From Verrucomicrobiota bacterium (GTDB lineage: Bacteria > Verrucomicrobiota > Lentisphaeria > Lentisphaerales > Lentisphaeraceae), in NCBI GenBank assembly GCA_039798785.1, contig JBDKFG010000003.1, positions 47,373 to 111,372 on the forward strand: a stretch of DNA of 64,000 bases, in the 5' to 3' direction. Within the stretch, counting starts at the first letter, position 1. Every line of letters begins with the position of its first letter. The notes beneath the pieces are model-generated. The model searched no databases and had not been told where the DNA came from. It saw only the letters and a program-made list of their open reading frames with translations. This document shows positions 20,432-30,099 of this stretch, in pieces. Both the position numbers and the translations under genes were made by a program.

Positions 20432-21788
20432 TCTCCAAAGTCCTTAAGAGTCTTTGCGTCATCCGCTCCATCAGCTCCCGGTCGCCCCGGCTCTCGACAT
20501 TGAGGCGCAAAAGCGGTTCGGTATTGGAGGCCCGGAGATTAAAACGCCATTCCCCCAGATCCATCGACAGGCCGTCGGTGCGGTCGACGGCGATCGCCAC
20601 CGGGGCGAATTCGGCCTCGATGCGGGTGATGGCTTGAGCAATGTCCGCCACCTGGCGGTTGATCTCGCCCGAACAGGGAAACAGACACTGTCGCTCAGCC
20701 ACCAATGAAGAGAGGGACTGGCCCCGTTTGGACATCAAAGCCACGACCAGAAGCCAGGGGATCATGCCGGAGTCGCAGGAGTAGAAGTCGCGGAAGTAGT
20801 GGTGGGCGCTCATCTCGCCGCCGTAGACCGCGTCAAAATCGCGCATCGCTTGCTTGATGAAGGCGTGGCCGGTGCGGCTCTGGATCGCTTGGCCGCCACT
20901 GGCTTGGACGATGTCGATGGTGTTCCAGGTGAGACGAGGATCATGAATGATCTTGGCGCCCGGGTGATCGATCAGGAAGGCCTCGGCGAGCAGGCCGACG
21001 AGGTAATAGCCCTCGATGAATTCGCCCTGCTCGTCGAAGAAGAAGCAGCGGTCGAAATCGCCGTCCCAGGCAAGGCCAAGGTCGCACCGGTGTTCGCGCA
21101 CGGCGGCGGCGGTGAAGTCGCGGCATTCGGGCAGCAAGGGATTGGGGATTCCCGTCGGGAAGGTGCCGTCCGGATCGCAGCGGACTTGGACGAATTCGAG
21201 CGGCGATCCGGCTTCTTTGAGCTGCTTGATGATAGCGTTCAGCGCCGGCCCGGCGACGCCGTTGCCGGCGTCGCAAAGGATGCGCAGCGGCTTGAGTTCT
21301 GCTGGCTTGATGAAGCTTAGGCATTTGGTTGCAAAAGCGACTCGGGTGTCCATCGACAGAAGTGCGCCAGGACGGGGCGATGAAGAGATTTCGCCTTCAT
21401 TCATCACCAAATTCTCGACCTCCGCTAGGCCGTTCTCCCGGCTGATCGGGGTCGATCCCGGGCCAACGAACTTCATGCCATTGTAGTCGATCGGATTATG
21501 GCTGGCGGTGACGATGACGCCGAGATCGACCCCCAGATGGGACGTGGCGAAATAGATCTCTTCAGTGCCGCAAAGGCCGATGTCGGTGACGGTGCAGCCG
21601 CCCTTCTGAAGGCCGCGAATAAGAGCTTCTTTGAGTCCGGGGGAGCTGAGGCGTGCGTCGTATCCGACGACCGCGCTCGTCGGCTTGCGGACGGCGCAAA
21701 GAGCCAGGCCGATGTGCTCGGCGCGAGCTTCGTCCAGATCCTCGCCAAGCTTGCCGCGGACATCGTAGGCCTTGAAGGGCGAACCCAT
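20418..21788 (-). CDS. manB: Phosphomannomutase
   Basis: Start re-called at 21788 (MGSPFKAYDVRG). Motifs TASHNP, DGDFDR, GEMSAHHY and SNTEP. Confidence 0.93.
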   Translation of the reverse strand: MGSPFKAYDVRGKLGEDLDEARAEHIGLALCAVRKPTSAVVGYDARLSSPGLKEALIRGLQKGGCTVTDIGLCGTEEIYFATSHLGVDLGVIVTASHNPIDYNGMKFVGPGSTPISRENGLAEVENLVMNEGEISSSPRPGALLSMDTRVAFATKCLSFIKPAELKPLRILCDAGNGVAGPALNAIIKQLKEAGSPLEFVQVRCDPDGTFPTGIPNPLLPECRDFTAAAVREHRCDLGLAWDGDFDRCFFFDEQGEFIEGYYLVGLLAEAFLIDHPGAKIIHDPRLTWNTIDIVQASGGQAIQSRTGHAFIKQAMRDFDAVYGGEMSAHHYFRDFYSCDSGMIPWLLVVALMSKRGQSLSSLVAERQCLFPCSGEINRQVADIAQAITRIEAEFAPVAIAVDRTDGLSMDLGEWRFNLRASNTEPLLRLNVESRGDRELMERMTQRLLRTLENAHV

Positions 21789-21789
21789 G

Positions 21790-23196
21790 TCAGGCTCTCC
21801 CGTAGCGGTCTTCGAAACGGACGATGTCGTCTTCGCCGAGGTAGGAGCCGATCTGGGTTTCAATCAGGACCAGGGGAATGCGCCCGGGATTGGCAAGGGC
21901 GTGTTTCATCCCGATCGGGAGGTACACCGCTTCGTTCTCATGAACATGAAGAATCTCGTCGCCGCGGGTGACCTCGGCGGTGCCGGAGACGACGACCCAG
22001 TGTTCGGCGCGATGATGGTGCAGTTGCAGCGACAGCTTGGCACCAGGCTTGACGGTAAGGCGTTTGACTTGGTAGCGATCCTGTCGGTCGATCTGCTCGT
22101 AGTGTCCCCAGGGACGGTGGACCTTGGTGTGATTGAGGTGCTCCTGCCGACCTTCCTTGTCGAGGCGGGCGACGATTTCCTTGACCTTTCCTGCCTGGTC
22201 CACCGTCGAGACTAGCAAAGCGTCACGAGTGTCAACAATGAGCAAGTCTTTGAGTCCGATGGCGGCGATTATGCGCTCTTCGCCTTGCACCAAGCAGCGG
22301 TCGCAGTCGACAAGCATGGCGTCGCCGATGATGCTATTGCCTCGGGCATCTTTCCTACGGATTTCCTGCAAGGCCGACCAGGCTCCGACGTCGCTCCAGC
22401 CGGCGTCGAGAGGAACCATGACGGCATCGCGAGTCTTCTCCATCACCGCGTAGTCGATCGATTGGGCGGGGCAGGCCAGGAAGGCCTCGCGGGCGGGGCG
22501 AATGAAGTCTTGGTCAGGGGTTTTTCCGGCCATCGCAGTCCTGCAGGCGGCGAGGATATCGGGACGGTGCCTCCCGAGTTCTTCCAACAGGCGGTCAGCG
22601 CGGAAGAGGAACATGCCGGAATTCCAGAAATGCCCGCCGGCAGCCAGCAAAGTCTCGGCGGTGGCGAGGTCGGGCTTCTCGAGGAAGCGGCGGATCGGGC
22701 GAACTGGATCCGTTCCTTCCGCCTGGATATAGCCGTAGCCGGTATCGGGGCGGCTCGGGACGATGCCGAAGGTGACCAGCTTCCCGGCTTGCGCCGCCGG
22801 GATCGCAGTGCTAACCACTTGGCGGAAGACGACGGGGTCGCGAATATCATGATCAGCGGCAAGGACCAGGAGGAGTTCAGCACCTTGGACGCGACTCTCC
22901 GCTTCGATCGCAGCGAGAGCCAAAGCTGGCGCGGTATTGCGTCCCGCCGGCTCGAGGATCAGACTGCCTTTAGCATCGATTTCGAGAAGTTGCTGGGCCG
23001 CGATGAATCTATGGTCTTCATTACAAACGACGATGGGGGCGGAGAATTCCAGCCCTTTCAAGCGCAAGAGGGTTTCCTGGAGCATCGAATGTTTGCCGGT
23101 GAGCGGCAGGAACTGCTTCGGCATGAGCTGCCGCGACAGCGGCCAGAGGCGGGTGCCGGCGCCGCCGGACATGAGGACGGGAATCATCGGAGTCAT
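21790..23196 (-). CDS. manC: Mannose-1-phosphate guanylyltransferase / mannose-6-phosphate isomerase
   Basis: GGAGTRLWPLSR, PKQF, EPAGRNTAPA, WNSGMF, SIDYAVME, and a C-terminal cupin (RPWG, HHHRAEHW). Confidence 0.94.
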   Translation of the reverse strand: MTPMIPVLMSGGAGTRLWPLSRQLMPKQFLPLTGKHSMLQETLLRLKGLEFSAPIVVCNEDHRFIAAQQLLEIDAKGSLILEPAGRNTAPALALAAIEAESRVQGAELLLVLAADHDIRDPVVFRQVVSTAIPAAQAGKLVTFGIVPSRPDTGYGYIQAEGTDPVRPIRRFLEKPDLATAETLLAAGGHFWNSGMFLFRADRLLEELGRHRPDILAACRTAMAGKTPDQDFIRPAREAFLACPAQSIDYAVMEKTRDAVMVPLDAGWSDVGAWSALQEIRRKDARGNSIIGDAMLVDCDRCLVQGEERIIAAIGLKDLLIVDTRDALLVSTVDQAGKVKEIVARLDKEGRQEHLNHTKVHRPWGHYEQIDRQDRYQVKRLTVKPGAKLSLQLHHHRAEHWVVVSGTAEVTRGDEILHVHENEAVYLPIGMKHALANPGRIPLVLIETQIGSYLGEDDIVRFEDRYGRA

Positions 23197-23280
23197 CCTT
23201 TTGCGATGTTTCCTCACAAGCTACTGCCGAAAACCGACAGGAAAACCGCAGGCTGCAATTTCCCTTGCTTCTCCTCGCCC

Positions 23281-24807
23281 TTATTTCAGCAAGGCCTCGA
23301 GGTTCTTGCAGAAGGGCACCTTCTCAATCGAGCGGGCGTTGCCGACGATCTGCACCGCCTCCGCCCCGGCGCAATTGCCGAGGAATCCAACGAGCTCGAG
23401 AGGAAGCTTCTTCCTCAAGGCGAGAGCGACCAGGCAGAGCACCGCATCGCCGGCACCGACACGGTCGACCACCTTGGTGGCAAAGGCGGGGATGGTCACC
23501 GACCCAGCTCCAGGCTTGTGCATCTGGGTCCCGTACTTGCCGCGGGTGAGCACCGCGACGCCGCATTCCATCCGCTTGCAGATCTCGGTGATCATCTCTT
23601 CCGGCGCAAGATGGCGGTTGCGGAACTCGCAGACCAGTTCGTGCTGGGCCACCGAGATGGCATCGCAGCGGCGGTAGCGGGAGATAGGATTATGCCCCTG
23701 GTTGCCGGCATTGCCCTGGGCGTTGCAGACCAGGAATGGCGCCTTGTCGCAAAGGATGTCAATCGCTCTCTGCGTCATCATCCCATGGCCATAATCGGCG
23801 ACGACGACGAGATCAAAGCGGCCAAGATTCTCTTCCAGCCACTGACAGAACTGATCTTCGCGGCGACCGCAGATCATCGCGTCATTGATCTCATAGACCT
23901 CGAAAAGTTTCTGAGTCAGCTCCATCTCGACGAAGCGGCGCTTGACGATGGTTGGCGAATCCTTCTTCTGGAAAAAAGTGGGCGTGACATTGCCCTTCAG
24001 ACTCTCGCGGATGAACGGCTCCTGCGAGGCTCGATCTCCAAGGAAGGTGCAGACTTCGACCTCTTTGCAGAAGCTGGCCAGGTGGTTTGCGACGGCGAGT
24101 GACCCGCCAGCATGCTTCTCCGCCCGCTCGAATCGCGAAGCCAGGATCGGCTCCTTCATCGATTTGCCCATGGTGCGGACGTAGTGATACTCGTCGATGA
24201 TCGCTTCGCCGAGAACCAGGACCTTGAGATCCCAGAAGCTGTCGACCGCCTTCACAGTCTGCTCCGCGCTGAATACCGCTCGGAAACCGGCCAGCCAGTT
24301 CTGCAGATCCCGAGGAATCACCGGCATGTAGGTATTGATCAGCTGGGTGGAACTGTAGACGATGTCCTCGGTGAAAATCATCCTGCCGCCGAGCTCTGCG
24401 AGGGCGGCCTGCTCGGCCTTGATGTAAGTGTTGCCGTTCTCCGCCGCGCCGCGGTACTCGCCGCCCTTGGCATAGAAATCAGGCTTGAGCAGGCGGATCG
24501 TCGGCTCGGCGGTGGTCCAACCGTTGAGAGCGACGAAGTCGACACAGTCGAGAGCGGCAATCGCTTCGAGCCGCAATTCTTCCCGGAAAGCAGGTCGGCC
24601 AGGCCCCTTGTCGACAAATCGGTCAGGCGTGACGGTGACGACCAGGATGTCTCCATGGCTTTTCGCCTGTTTGAAGTGGCGCATGTGGCCGACATGGAGA
24701 AGGTCGAAGCAGCCATGGCAGTGCACGATCCGGCGGCCGGACCTCTTGAGCTCCGCAATCCTCTCGACAAGCTGCGGCATCTCAAGGACTTTTGGCGACG
24801 TCTCCAT
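23281..24807 (-). CDS. Bifunctional nucleotidyltransferase / PfkB-family sugar kinase (HldE/RfaE-like, transferase domain first)
   Basis: N-terminal HGCFDLLHVGH and KGPGRP; C-terminal DYGHG and VVDRVGAGD. Start re-called at 24807. Confidence 0.83.
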   Translation of the reverse strand: METSPKVLEMPQLVERIAELKRSGRRIVHCHGCFDLLHVGHMRHFKQAKSHGDILVVTVTPDRFVDKGPGRPAFREELRLEAIAALDCVDFVALNGWTTAEPTIRLLKPDFYAKGGEYRGAAENGNTYIKAEQAALAELGGRMIFTEDIVYSSTQLINTYMPVIPRDLQNWLAGFRAVFSAEQTVKAVDSFWDLKVLVLGEAIIDEYHYVRTMGKSMKEPILASRFERAEKHAGGSLAVANHLASFCKEVEVCTFLGDRASQEPFIRESLKGNVTPTFFQKKDSPTIVKRRFVEMELTQKLFEVYEINDAMICGRREDQFCQWLEENLGRFDLVVVADYGHGMMTQRAIDILCDKAPFLVCNAQGNAGNQGHNPISRYRRCDAISVAQHELVCEFRNRHLAPEEMITEICKRMECGVAVLTRGKYGTQMHKPGAGSVTIPAFATKVVDRVGAGDAVLCLVALALRKKLPLELVGFLGNCAGAEAVQIVGNARSIEKVPFCKNLEALLK

Positions 24808-24871
24808 GACTCGGCTCCGTTGGCTGGGGTTTTCAAAATGCGGGGAACGCAAGAGCCGTGCCCGGGAGCTT

Positions 24872-24925
24872 CCCTCTGGAACCGCTGGCACGGCTGAACG
24901 TCCTGGAACCGCTGGAGGCGCTTGG
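24872..24925. repeat. Degenerate 9-bp tandem repeat containing two exact CTGGAACCGCTGG copies
   Basis: Exact 13-mers at 24876-24888 and 24903-24915. The minus strand reads TCCAGCGGT/TCCAGGACG/TTCAGCCGT/GCCAGCGGT/TCCAGAGGG. Confidence 0.6.
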
Positions 24926-25054
24926 ATCCAGGCCACTCCTCAGCTTTGCGGCGGGAAGTCAATTCTTTCAACTTTTCAACCATTCAAGCCCCCAACCTTC
25001 TCAACTGTGGTTTTGGGGTTTAATGTGCGGCCATCAACAAAACCGGAGCCTTTC

Positions 25055-25522
25055 ATGTTGAACAACGATGTCCTGCGGAGTCTCCGCTACATGCTGGATT
25101 TGAGTGAAGTCCAGGTCATCAAGATCTTCCTCCACGTAGGCAAGGAGGTGAGCCCGCAAGATGTCGCCACCTGGCTGCTCAAGAACGAGGAGGAGGAAGG
25201 TTTCGTCGATTGCCCGAGGCGCCAGCTCTCCCAGTTCCTCGACGGTCTGATCATCCACAAAAGAGGGCGCCGTCCCGACGCCCCTCCTCCGCCGCCGGAA
25301 AACACCCTGGACAACAACATGATCCTGAAGAAGCTGCGGGTCGCCTTCGAACTCAAGGAAGAGGACATCCTGCAAATCCTCAACTCGGTAGGCTTCCGGA
25401 TCTCAGCCCCTGAGATCAACGCCCTCTTTCGCAAAAAAGGGCACCCGAACTATCGGGATTGCGGCGACCAGATCTTGCGCAATTTCCTCAAGGGCCTGAC
25501 GGCACGGGTCCGAGATTATTGA
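25055..25522 (+). CDS. DUF1456 (YehS-like) protein
   Basis: MLNNDVLRSLRY, FLDGLIIHKRG, NNMILKKLRVAF and YRDCGDQILRNFLKGL. Confidence 0.88.
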   Translation: MLNNDVLRSLRYMLDLSEVQVIKIFLHVGKEVSPQDVATWLLKNEEEEGFVDCPRRQLSQFLDGLIIHKRGRRPDAPPPPPENTLDNNMILKKLRVAFELKEEDILQILNSVGFRISAPEINALFRKKGHPNYRDCGDQILRNFLKGLTARVRDY

Positions 25523-25532
25523 ATCGCTCGGA

Positions 25533-26489
25533 TCACGCGAGGGGGGCTACCTTGATCCAGCAATGGGGATGGGGATTGCCGCGGAAGAAGCAGACAAAGC
25601 CAGGCCCCCAGATCTCCCAGTTGTCCCAGACTCCATCCCGGCCGAGATCTTCTTTCTGGAAGTAATGAATCTTCAGTGAATCGATTCCTCCTCGCGCCTC
25701 GATCGCCTGCCAGGCGAGCTGGCTGTCGCGTCGCCGATAGGGCCGCGTCAATACCGCCTCGAGAAGCAGTTTCGCCAGTTCCCGGCCCTCGCCATTCAAC
25801 TCGGCAAAGGACAATCCCCGGGTGTCCTGCGGCCCGAGCAGAACCGCCGGCTTGTCGCGAGATTCAGACTGGGTCAATGCCGCGGCCTGCTGTATCAAAG
25901 GAAGAGACTTGTACAAACGGTTGGCTGCCAGGCTCTGGTACCACCAGATATTCCCGGCGTGATCGGGTTTTTCGTAGAAATCGCCGGAGGCATGCCCGGC
26001 CATCATCGAACCGCCGAAGGGTTCGCGAGAATTCTGCTGCCAGCGTCGCGTGAGGTGACGTCCGGCGAAAAGAAGTGTCAATCCTTCAGCATCCTGAGGA
26101 GTCCCGAAGAAGGCGAAGGAGACTCCTGCTATGCCGACTCCTCCGTTGTCCTCCTGGGTCTGACGAAGAACCTCGTCGGCAAAATCTTCGGCATGCAGGC
26201 CTCGGAATATCCTGGTCGCCAGCTCCATCTGGGAAGGTCTGAGGACCTGGCCGACTTCCTGATCCAGAATCGTCCAATTGTTGTTGGTATAGGCTCTTTT
26301 CGGATGCTTGCCATCGAGACAGAGCAGGCGGCGTTGATCAGGGCTCAAGGAGGCATGAAGCTCGGCGACAGGATCGGCCAGTTCGTCGCGGGTCTCCAAG
26401 GAGCGTGATCCGCAGGATGCCATCGACAAGCTGAGAGGAAGCGACAGGGAGCCGGCGAGAAAACGGCGGCGGTCGAAAGCATGGTCCAT
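25533..26489 (-). CDS. DUF3500-like protein with a Tat (possibly lipoprotein) signal
   Basis: DRRRFL twin-arginine signal ending MASC. Motifs FAFFGTP, GRHLTRR and FRGNPHPHCW. Confidence 0.65.
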   Translation of the reverse strand: MDHAFDRRRFLAGSLSLPLSLSMASCGSRSLETRDELADPVAELHASLSPDQRRLLCLDGKHPKRAYTNNNWTILDQEVGQVLRPSQMELATRIFRGLHAEDFADEVLRQTQEDNGGVGIAGVSFAFFGTPQDAEGLTLLFAGRHLTRRWQQNSREPFGGSMMAGHASGDFYEKPDHAGNIWWYQSLAANRLYKSLPLIQQAAALTQSESRDKPAVLLGPQDTRGLSFAELNGEGRELAKLLLEAVLTRPYRRRDSQLAWQAIEARGGIDSLKIHYFQKEDLGRDGVWDNWEIWGPGFVCFFRGNPHPHCWIKVAPLA

Positions 26490-26585
26490 GAACTTTCTCC
26501 GAGGGAGTTTAAGTGATATGAGAAGTGAGGAGGCCTCCGTTTAGGAACCCGCAGGCCGGATTTGGTTCCAGCGGAATCCGCCGTC

Positions 26586-26615
26586 AAAAAAGCCCGAGCA
26601 ATCGCTCGGGCTTTT
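26586..26615. terminator. Intrinsic terminator (bidirectional-type)
   Basis: AAAAAAGCCCGAGC-AATC-GCTCGGGCTTTT, about 20 bp downstream of the 26637-26927 stop. Confidence 0.88.
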
Positions 26616-26636
26616 GGGCTTGCAAGGCTCAGGCTA

Positions 26637-26927
26637 TTATTTGGCCGCGGGAGCTTCAGCCTTGGGCTCTTCGGCCTTCTTCTCGGCGGCGGGAGCTTCG
26701 GGCTTGGCTTCTTCGGCTTTCTTCTCGGCGGCGGCTTCCGACTTCTTGTCGCAGCCCTTGCATTCCTCTTTCTTGTCGCCGGCGGCGGGGGCGGCGGGGG
26801 CGGCTTCGGCAGCCTTCTCTGCGGCAGCGGGGGCGGGGGCGGGAGTCACGACAGGCTCAGTCTCGGCAGCTTGGGCGGTGAAAGCGAAAAGAGCGAAGCT
26901 GGCAGAGAGAGTATAAATGGCGTTCAT
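26637..26927 (-). CDS. Small secreted Ala/Glu/Lys/Pro-rich protein
   Basis: Signal peptide ending AQA, upstream AGGAG, its own terminator, a repeated AAEKKAEE unit and CKGC. Confidence 0.7.
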   Translation of the reverse strand: MNAIYTLSASFALFAFTAQAAETEPVVTPAPAPAAAEKAAEAAPAAPAAGDKKEECKGCDKKSEAAAEKKAEEAKPEAPAAEKKAEEPKAEAPAAK

Positions 26928-27141
26928 GATCTTCTCCTGATGGTTTTTGTTTGGCGGGATCCTGAAGACTTCTGGCTTCTTTCCCCGCCACGGATACTGG
27001 ACTCCCGGAAGAAAATCAGACTCGATCCGTTTTTTGGCGGAATTCGGAAGGCGGCGAGCGGAATCGGCGACTTGCCGCCTGCATGAAGAAGACCAAAAGC
27101 GGCGCTATCTTGCACGACGACACCAGACTCGAGACCCTTCC

Positions 27142-28398
27142 ATGAACGCATTCTTCATCGCTCTGCGCCGCGGCTTGCGGCACGACCTCGTCCAGGTCCT
27201 GCTTGCGGCTGCGGCGGTGGCTCTTTCCTGCGCCCTACTGCTCACCGTGCGCTCGACGCAGAGCCAGGCCGGCCAGGCCCTCCTCGCCGCAGGCGGCGGC
27301 TTCGACGGCATCGTCGGGTCGCGAGGCTCGCAGATGCAGCTCGTGCTCTGCGGCATCTATCACCTCGAGCCGGCCCCGGGAAACCTGTCCTGGAGTCTGG
27401 TCAAGGCACTCCAGAAGGATCGCCGCGTGATCTCGGCGGTGCCGATCTGCGTCGGCGACAACTATCGCGGCTTCCGCATCGTCGCCACCAGCGAGAGCCT
27501 CTTCTCCGGGCCCGGGCTTCTCGCCTCCCGTGCCCCGCGCTTCCAGGCCGGACGAGGCTTCGATCCGCTCGCCCGCGAGGCCGTCCTCGGCAGCCTGGCG
27601 GCAAAACAGGCTGGACTCAAGCTCGGTGACAGCTTCTCCCCCTTCCACGGCCTGAGCTACAACCCCGACGGCCACCAGCATCTCGACCAGGTGCTCACCG
27701 TGGTCGGCATCCTTGAAGCCACCGGCACTCCCGCCGACCGGGTGATATGGACTCCTCTCGAAACCCATTTCCGCATGTCCGGTCACGTCCTTCGGGGAGG
27801 CGGCGGCGAATACGTCAGCAAGCCCGGCGAAGAGATTCCCGAAGAGGTCAAAGAAGTGTCCGCGGTGCTCATCCGCTGCCGCAATCCCCTGGTCATGTGG
27901 TCCCTGAAGGAGGAAATCAACCTCCGGGGCAGCGTCGCGACAATGGCGGATGTCCGCAGCTCCGTCGCCGATTTCAGCCAGCGGCTCGACGGCGGTGTCA
28001 AGCTTCTCGGGCTGGTGGCCATGGTGACCGCAGTCTCCGCCGCCCTGGGCATTCTCGGCGGCACCCTGTCGCTTCTGGAGCGGCGCCGGCGTGAATTCGC
28101 CGTCCTGAGGGTGATGGGCGCGCGGCGGCGCTGGCTCGCGGCGCTGATCCTGGCCCACGCGGCAAGCGTCGCCCTGCTCGGCGCCCTGACCGGCGGCTTC
28201 CTCTACCTCGGCTTGGCATCCGGCGCGGCGGCGGCGGTGCAGGAACGCAGCGGCCTGGTCCTCCAGGTCTTACCCCGGGATCCGGTGCTGGCGGCGATCC
28301 CGGCGGGGATGGTCATCCTCGCGCTTTTCGCCGCTCTGCTTCCAGCCTGGCAGGCTTATCGCGGCGACCTGGCGGCAAACCTGGGGCAACGGGAATGA
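27142..28398 (+). CDS. ABC transporter permease (FtsX/MacB-like, ZrgC-like)
   Basis: Start re-called at 27142. Motifs GSQMQLVL, GDNYRGFRIV, HG...HQH and ERRREFAVLRVMGA, with TM helices. Confidence 0.85.
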   Translation: MNAFFIALRRGLRHDLVQVLLAAAAVALSCALLLTVRSTQSQAGQALLAAGGGFDGIVGSRGSQMQLVLCGIYHLEPAPGNLSWSLVKALQKDRRVISAVPICVGDNYRGFRIVATSESLFSGPGLLASRAPRFQAGRGFDPLAREAVLGSLAAKQAGLKLGDSFSPFHGLSYNPDGHQHLDQVLTVVGILEATGTPADRVIWTPLETHFRMSGHVLRGGGGEYVSKPGEEIPEEVKEVSAVLIRCRNPLVMWSLKEEINLRGSVATMADVRSSVADFSQRLDGGVKLLGLVAMVTAVSAALGILGGTLSLLERRRREFAVLRVMGARRRWLAALILAHAASVALLGALTGGFLYLGLASGAAAAVQERSGLVLQVLPRDPVLAAIPAGMVILALFAALLPAWQAYRGDLAANLGQRE

Positions 28399-28931
28399 AC
28401 CGCATCCTCCGCGTTTTTGGCGTGGCCACACTGCTCGTCATCCTCGCCGGCATGCTCGCGCCTCGCCCAGCACCCCCGGCAGCGCTGCTGCCAAGCCCAG
28501 TTCCCGAAGCCGGAAGCGAAGCCGTCTCCCTCGCCAGGCTGAAGGATTGGCCGCTCCCTGCCCACGAACCGACGGATATCGCCGAAGACGAGCTCGCCGC
28601 AGTGATGTCGGCGATGCCGGAGGACCTGAAGGCTCTCGACGGCCGCAGAGTCAGCATCTGCGGCTACGCCTATCCTCGCACCGACGAGAACGGAAGGCTT
28701 CTCGGCTTCCTGCTGATACCGGACCACGGCCTATGCTGCAGCGGCAAGCCCCCTCCTGCGCACAGCGTCGTCTGCGTCTTTCCCGGAGCCATCGGCAAGG
28801 TGCCCCTCGATCAGCCCGTGCAGGTCACCGGAGTCTTCTCCGCCGGAGTGCGCCGAACCAGCTTCGCCGAAGGAGAAGGCTGCCTGATGCCCTGGCGCCT
28901 GCACGCCGAGACGCTCCGCCTCGTCCAGTGA
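28395..28931 (+). CDS. DUF3299-like protein
   Basis: LKALDGRRVSICGY, FLLIP..LCC.GKPP and PVQVTGVF. ATGA overlap with the permease. Confidence 0.7.
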   Translation: MNRILRVFGVATLLVILAGMLAPRPAPPAALLPSPVPEAGSEAVSLARLKDWPLPAHEPTDIAEDELAAVMSAMPEDLKALDGRRVSICGYAYPRTDENGRLLGFLLIPDHGLCCSGKPPPAHSVVCVFPGAIGKVPLDQPVQVTGVFSAGVRRTSFAEGEGCLMPWRLHAETLRLVQ

Positions 28932-29009
28932 ACCAGTAAACGGACGGGCAGAGGCAAAAACCGGACTGGCACTATCTTCTCGGGCTCGCAAGAATCTTTA
29001 TCAAGGGAG

Positions 29010-29675
29010 ATGCAAATGTCCGGTGTCATCATCGCAGCAGCCGAGAGCCAGGGTTCGGTATTGCGCCAGCTGCTGGTGCAAGGCGGTTCCACCCTGATCC
29101 TCCTCATCGTCATGTCCGTCCTGTGCGTCACCCTCTTCGTCTTCCTGTATCTTCACATCCGGGCAGAATCAGTGGCGCCGAGGGCGGTGATGGAGGAGAT
29201 GGAAAAACTGGCCCGCAGCAAGGACCACCAGGGTCTGCACCGCATCTGCGCCACGGTGGAATGCCCGGCGACCGCAATCGTCGCGGCGGCGACCGAAGAA
29301 GCCGTGGCCGGCGGGGAGGACGTCGCGGCGATGCGCGACGCGGCGGAATCAGAAGGCTCGGTGCAGGCGGCGTCGCTGGCTTCCAAGGTGCGCTGGCTGC
29401 TCGACATCGCCGTAGTCGCGCCGATGATCGGACTTCTCGGCACCGTGGTCGGCATGCGCGAAGCCTTCGCCGGTGTCCAGGCTGACATTGAGAAAGTCAA
29501 GCCGGTCCTGCTCGCGGGCGGCGTCGCCAAGGCGCTGATCACCACCGCCGGCGGCATCATCCTCGGGGTGATGGCGATGATCCTTTACGCCGTGATGCGC
29601 CACCGCTGCGACACGGCGGTGTCGACGCTGCAGACGCGAGCCGGCCGCGTCGTCCGCATCCTCTGCCGCCGTTGA
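29010..29675 (+). CDS. MotA/TolQ/ExbB proton channel protein
   Basis: APMIGLLGTVVGM and LAGGVAKALITTAGG. Confidence 0.9.
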   Translation: MQMSGVIIAAAESQGSVLRQLLVQGGSTLILLIVMSVLCVTLFVFLYLHIRAESVAPRAVMEEMEKLARSKDHQGLHRICATVECPATAIVAAATEEAVAGGEDVAAMRDAAESEGSVQAASLASKVRWLLDIAVVAPMIGLLGTVVGMREAFAGVQADIEKVKPVLLAGGVAKALITTAGGIILGVMAMILYAVMRHRCDTAVSTLQTRAGRVVRILCRR

Positions 29676-29682
29676 GGCCGAA

Positions 29683-30099
29683 ATGGACTTCCGACGCCGC
29701 CAGAACCGCGAAGAGCTGAGCTTCCAGCTCACGCCCATGGCCGACTTGTTTTTCGTCCTCATCATTTTCTTCATGACCATGTGGATCTACAAGGAGTACG
29801 AACGCAATCTCGAGGTGGTCGTCCCGAAAGCGGAATCCGGCAAAAATGCAGATCGAGCTCCCGCCGAACTGATCGTCAACGTCACCCGCGTCGGACGCTT
29901 CATCATCAACGGCGTCGACAAGACTCCGGCCTCGCTCGACCTGACCCTTAAAGCCGTGGCCTCCTACGACCGGGGGCAACCGGTGATCATCCGCGCCGAC
30001 GCTGATGCACCGCACCGCTTCTTCGTCACTGTCTTCGACCTGTGCCAGAAGAACGGATTGGAAAATGTCCGGATCGCCACCCTGCCTCCGGAGAAATGA
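29683..30099 (+). CDS. ExbD/TolR protein
   Basis: LTPMADLFFVLIIFFM TM helix carrying the conserved Asp, and VIIRAD. Confidence 0.9.
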   Translation: MDFRRRQNREELSFQLTPMADLFFVLIIFFMTMWIYKEYERNLEVVVPKAESGKNADRAPAELIVNVTRVGRFIINGVDKTPASLDLTLKAVASYDRGQPVIIRADADAPHRFFVTVFDLCQKNGLENVRIATLPPEK

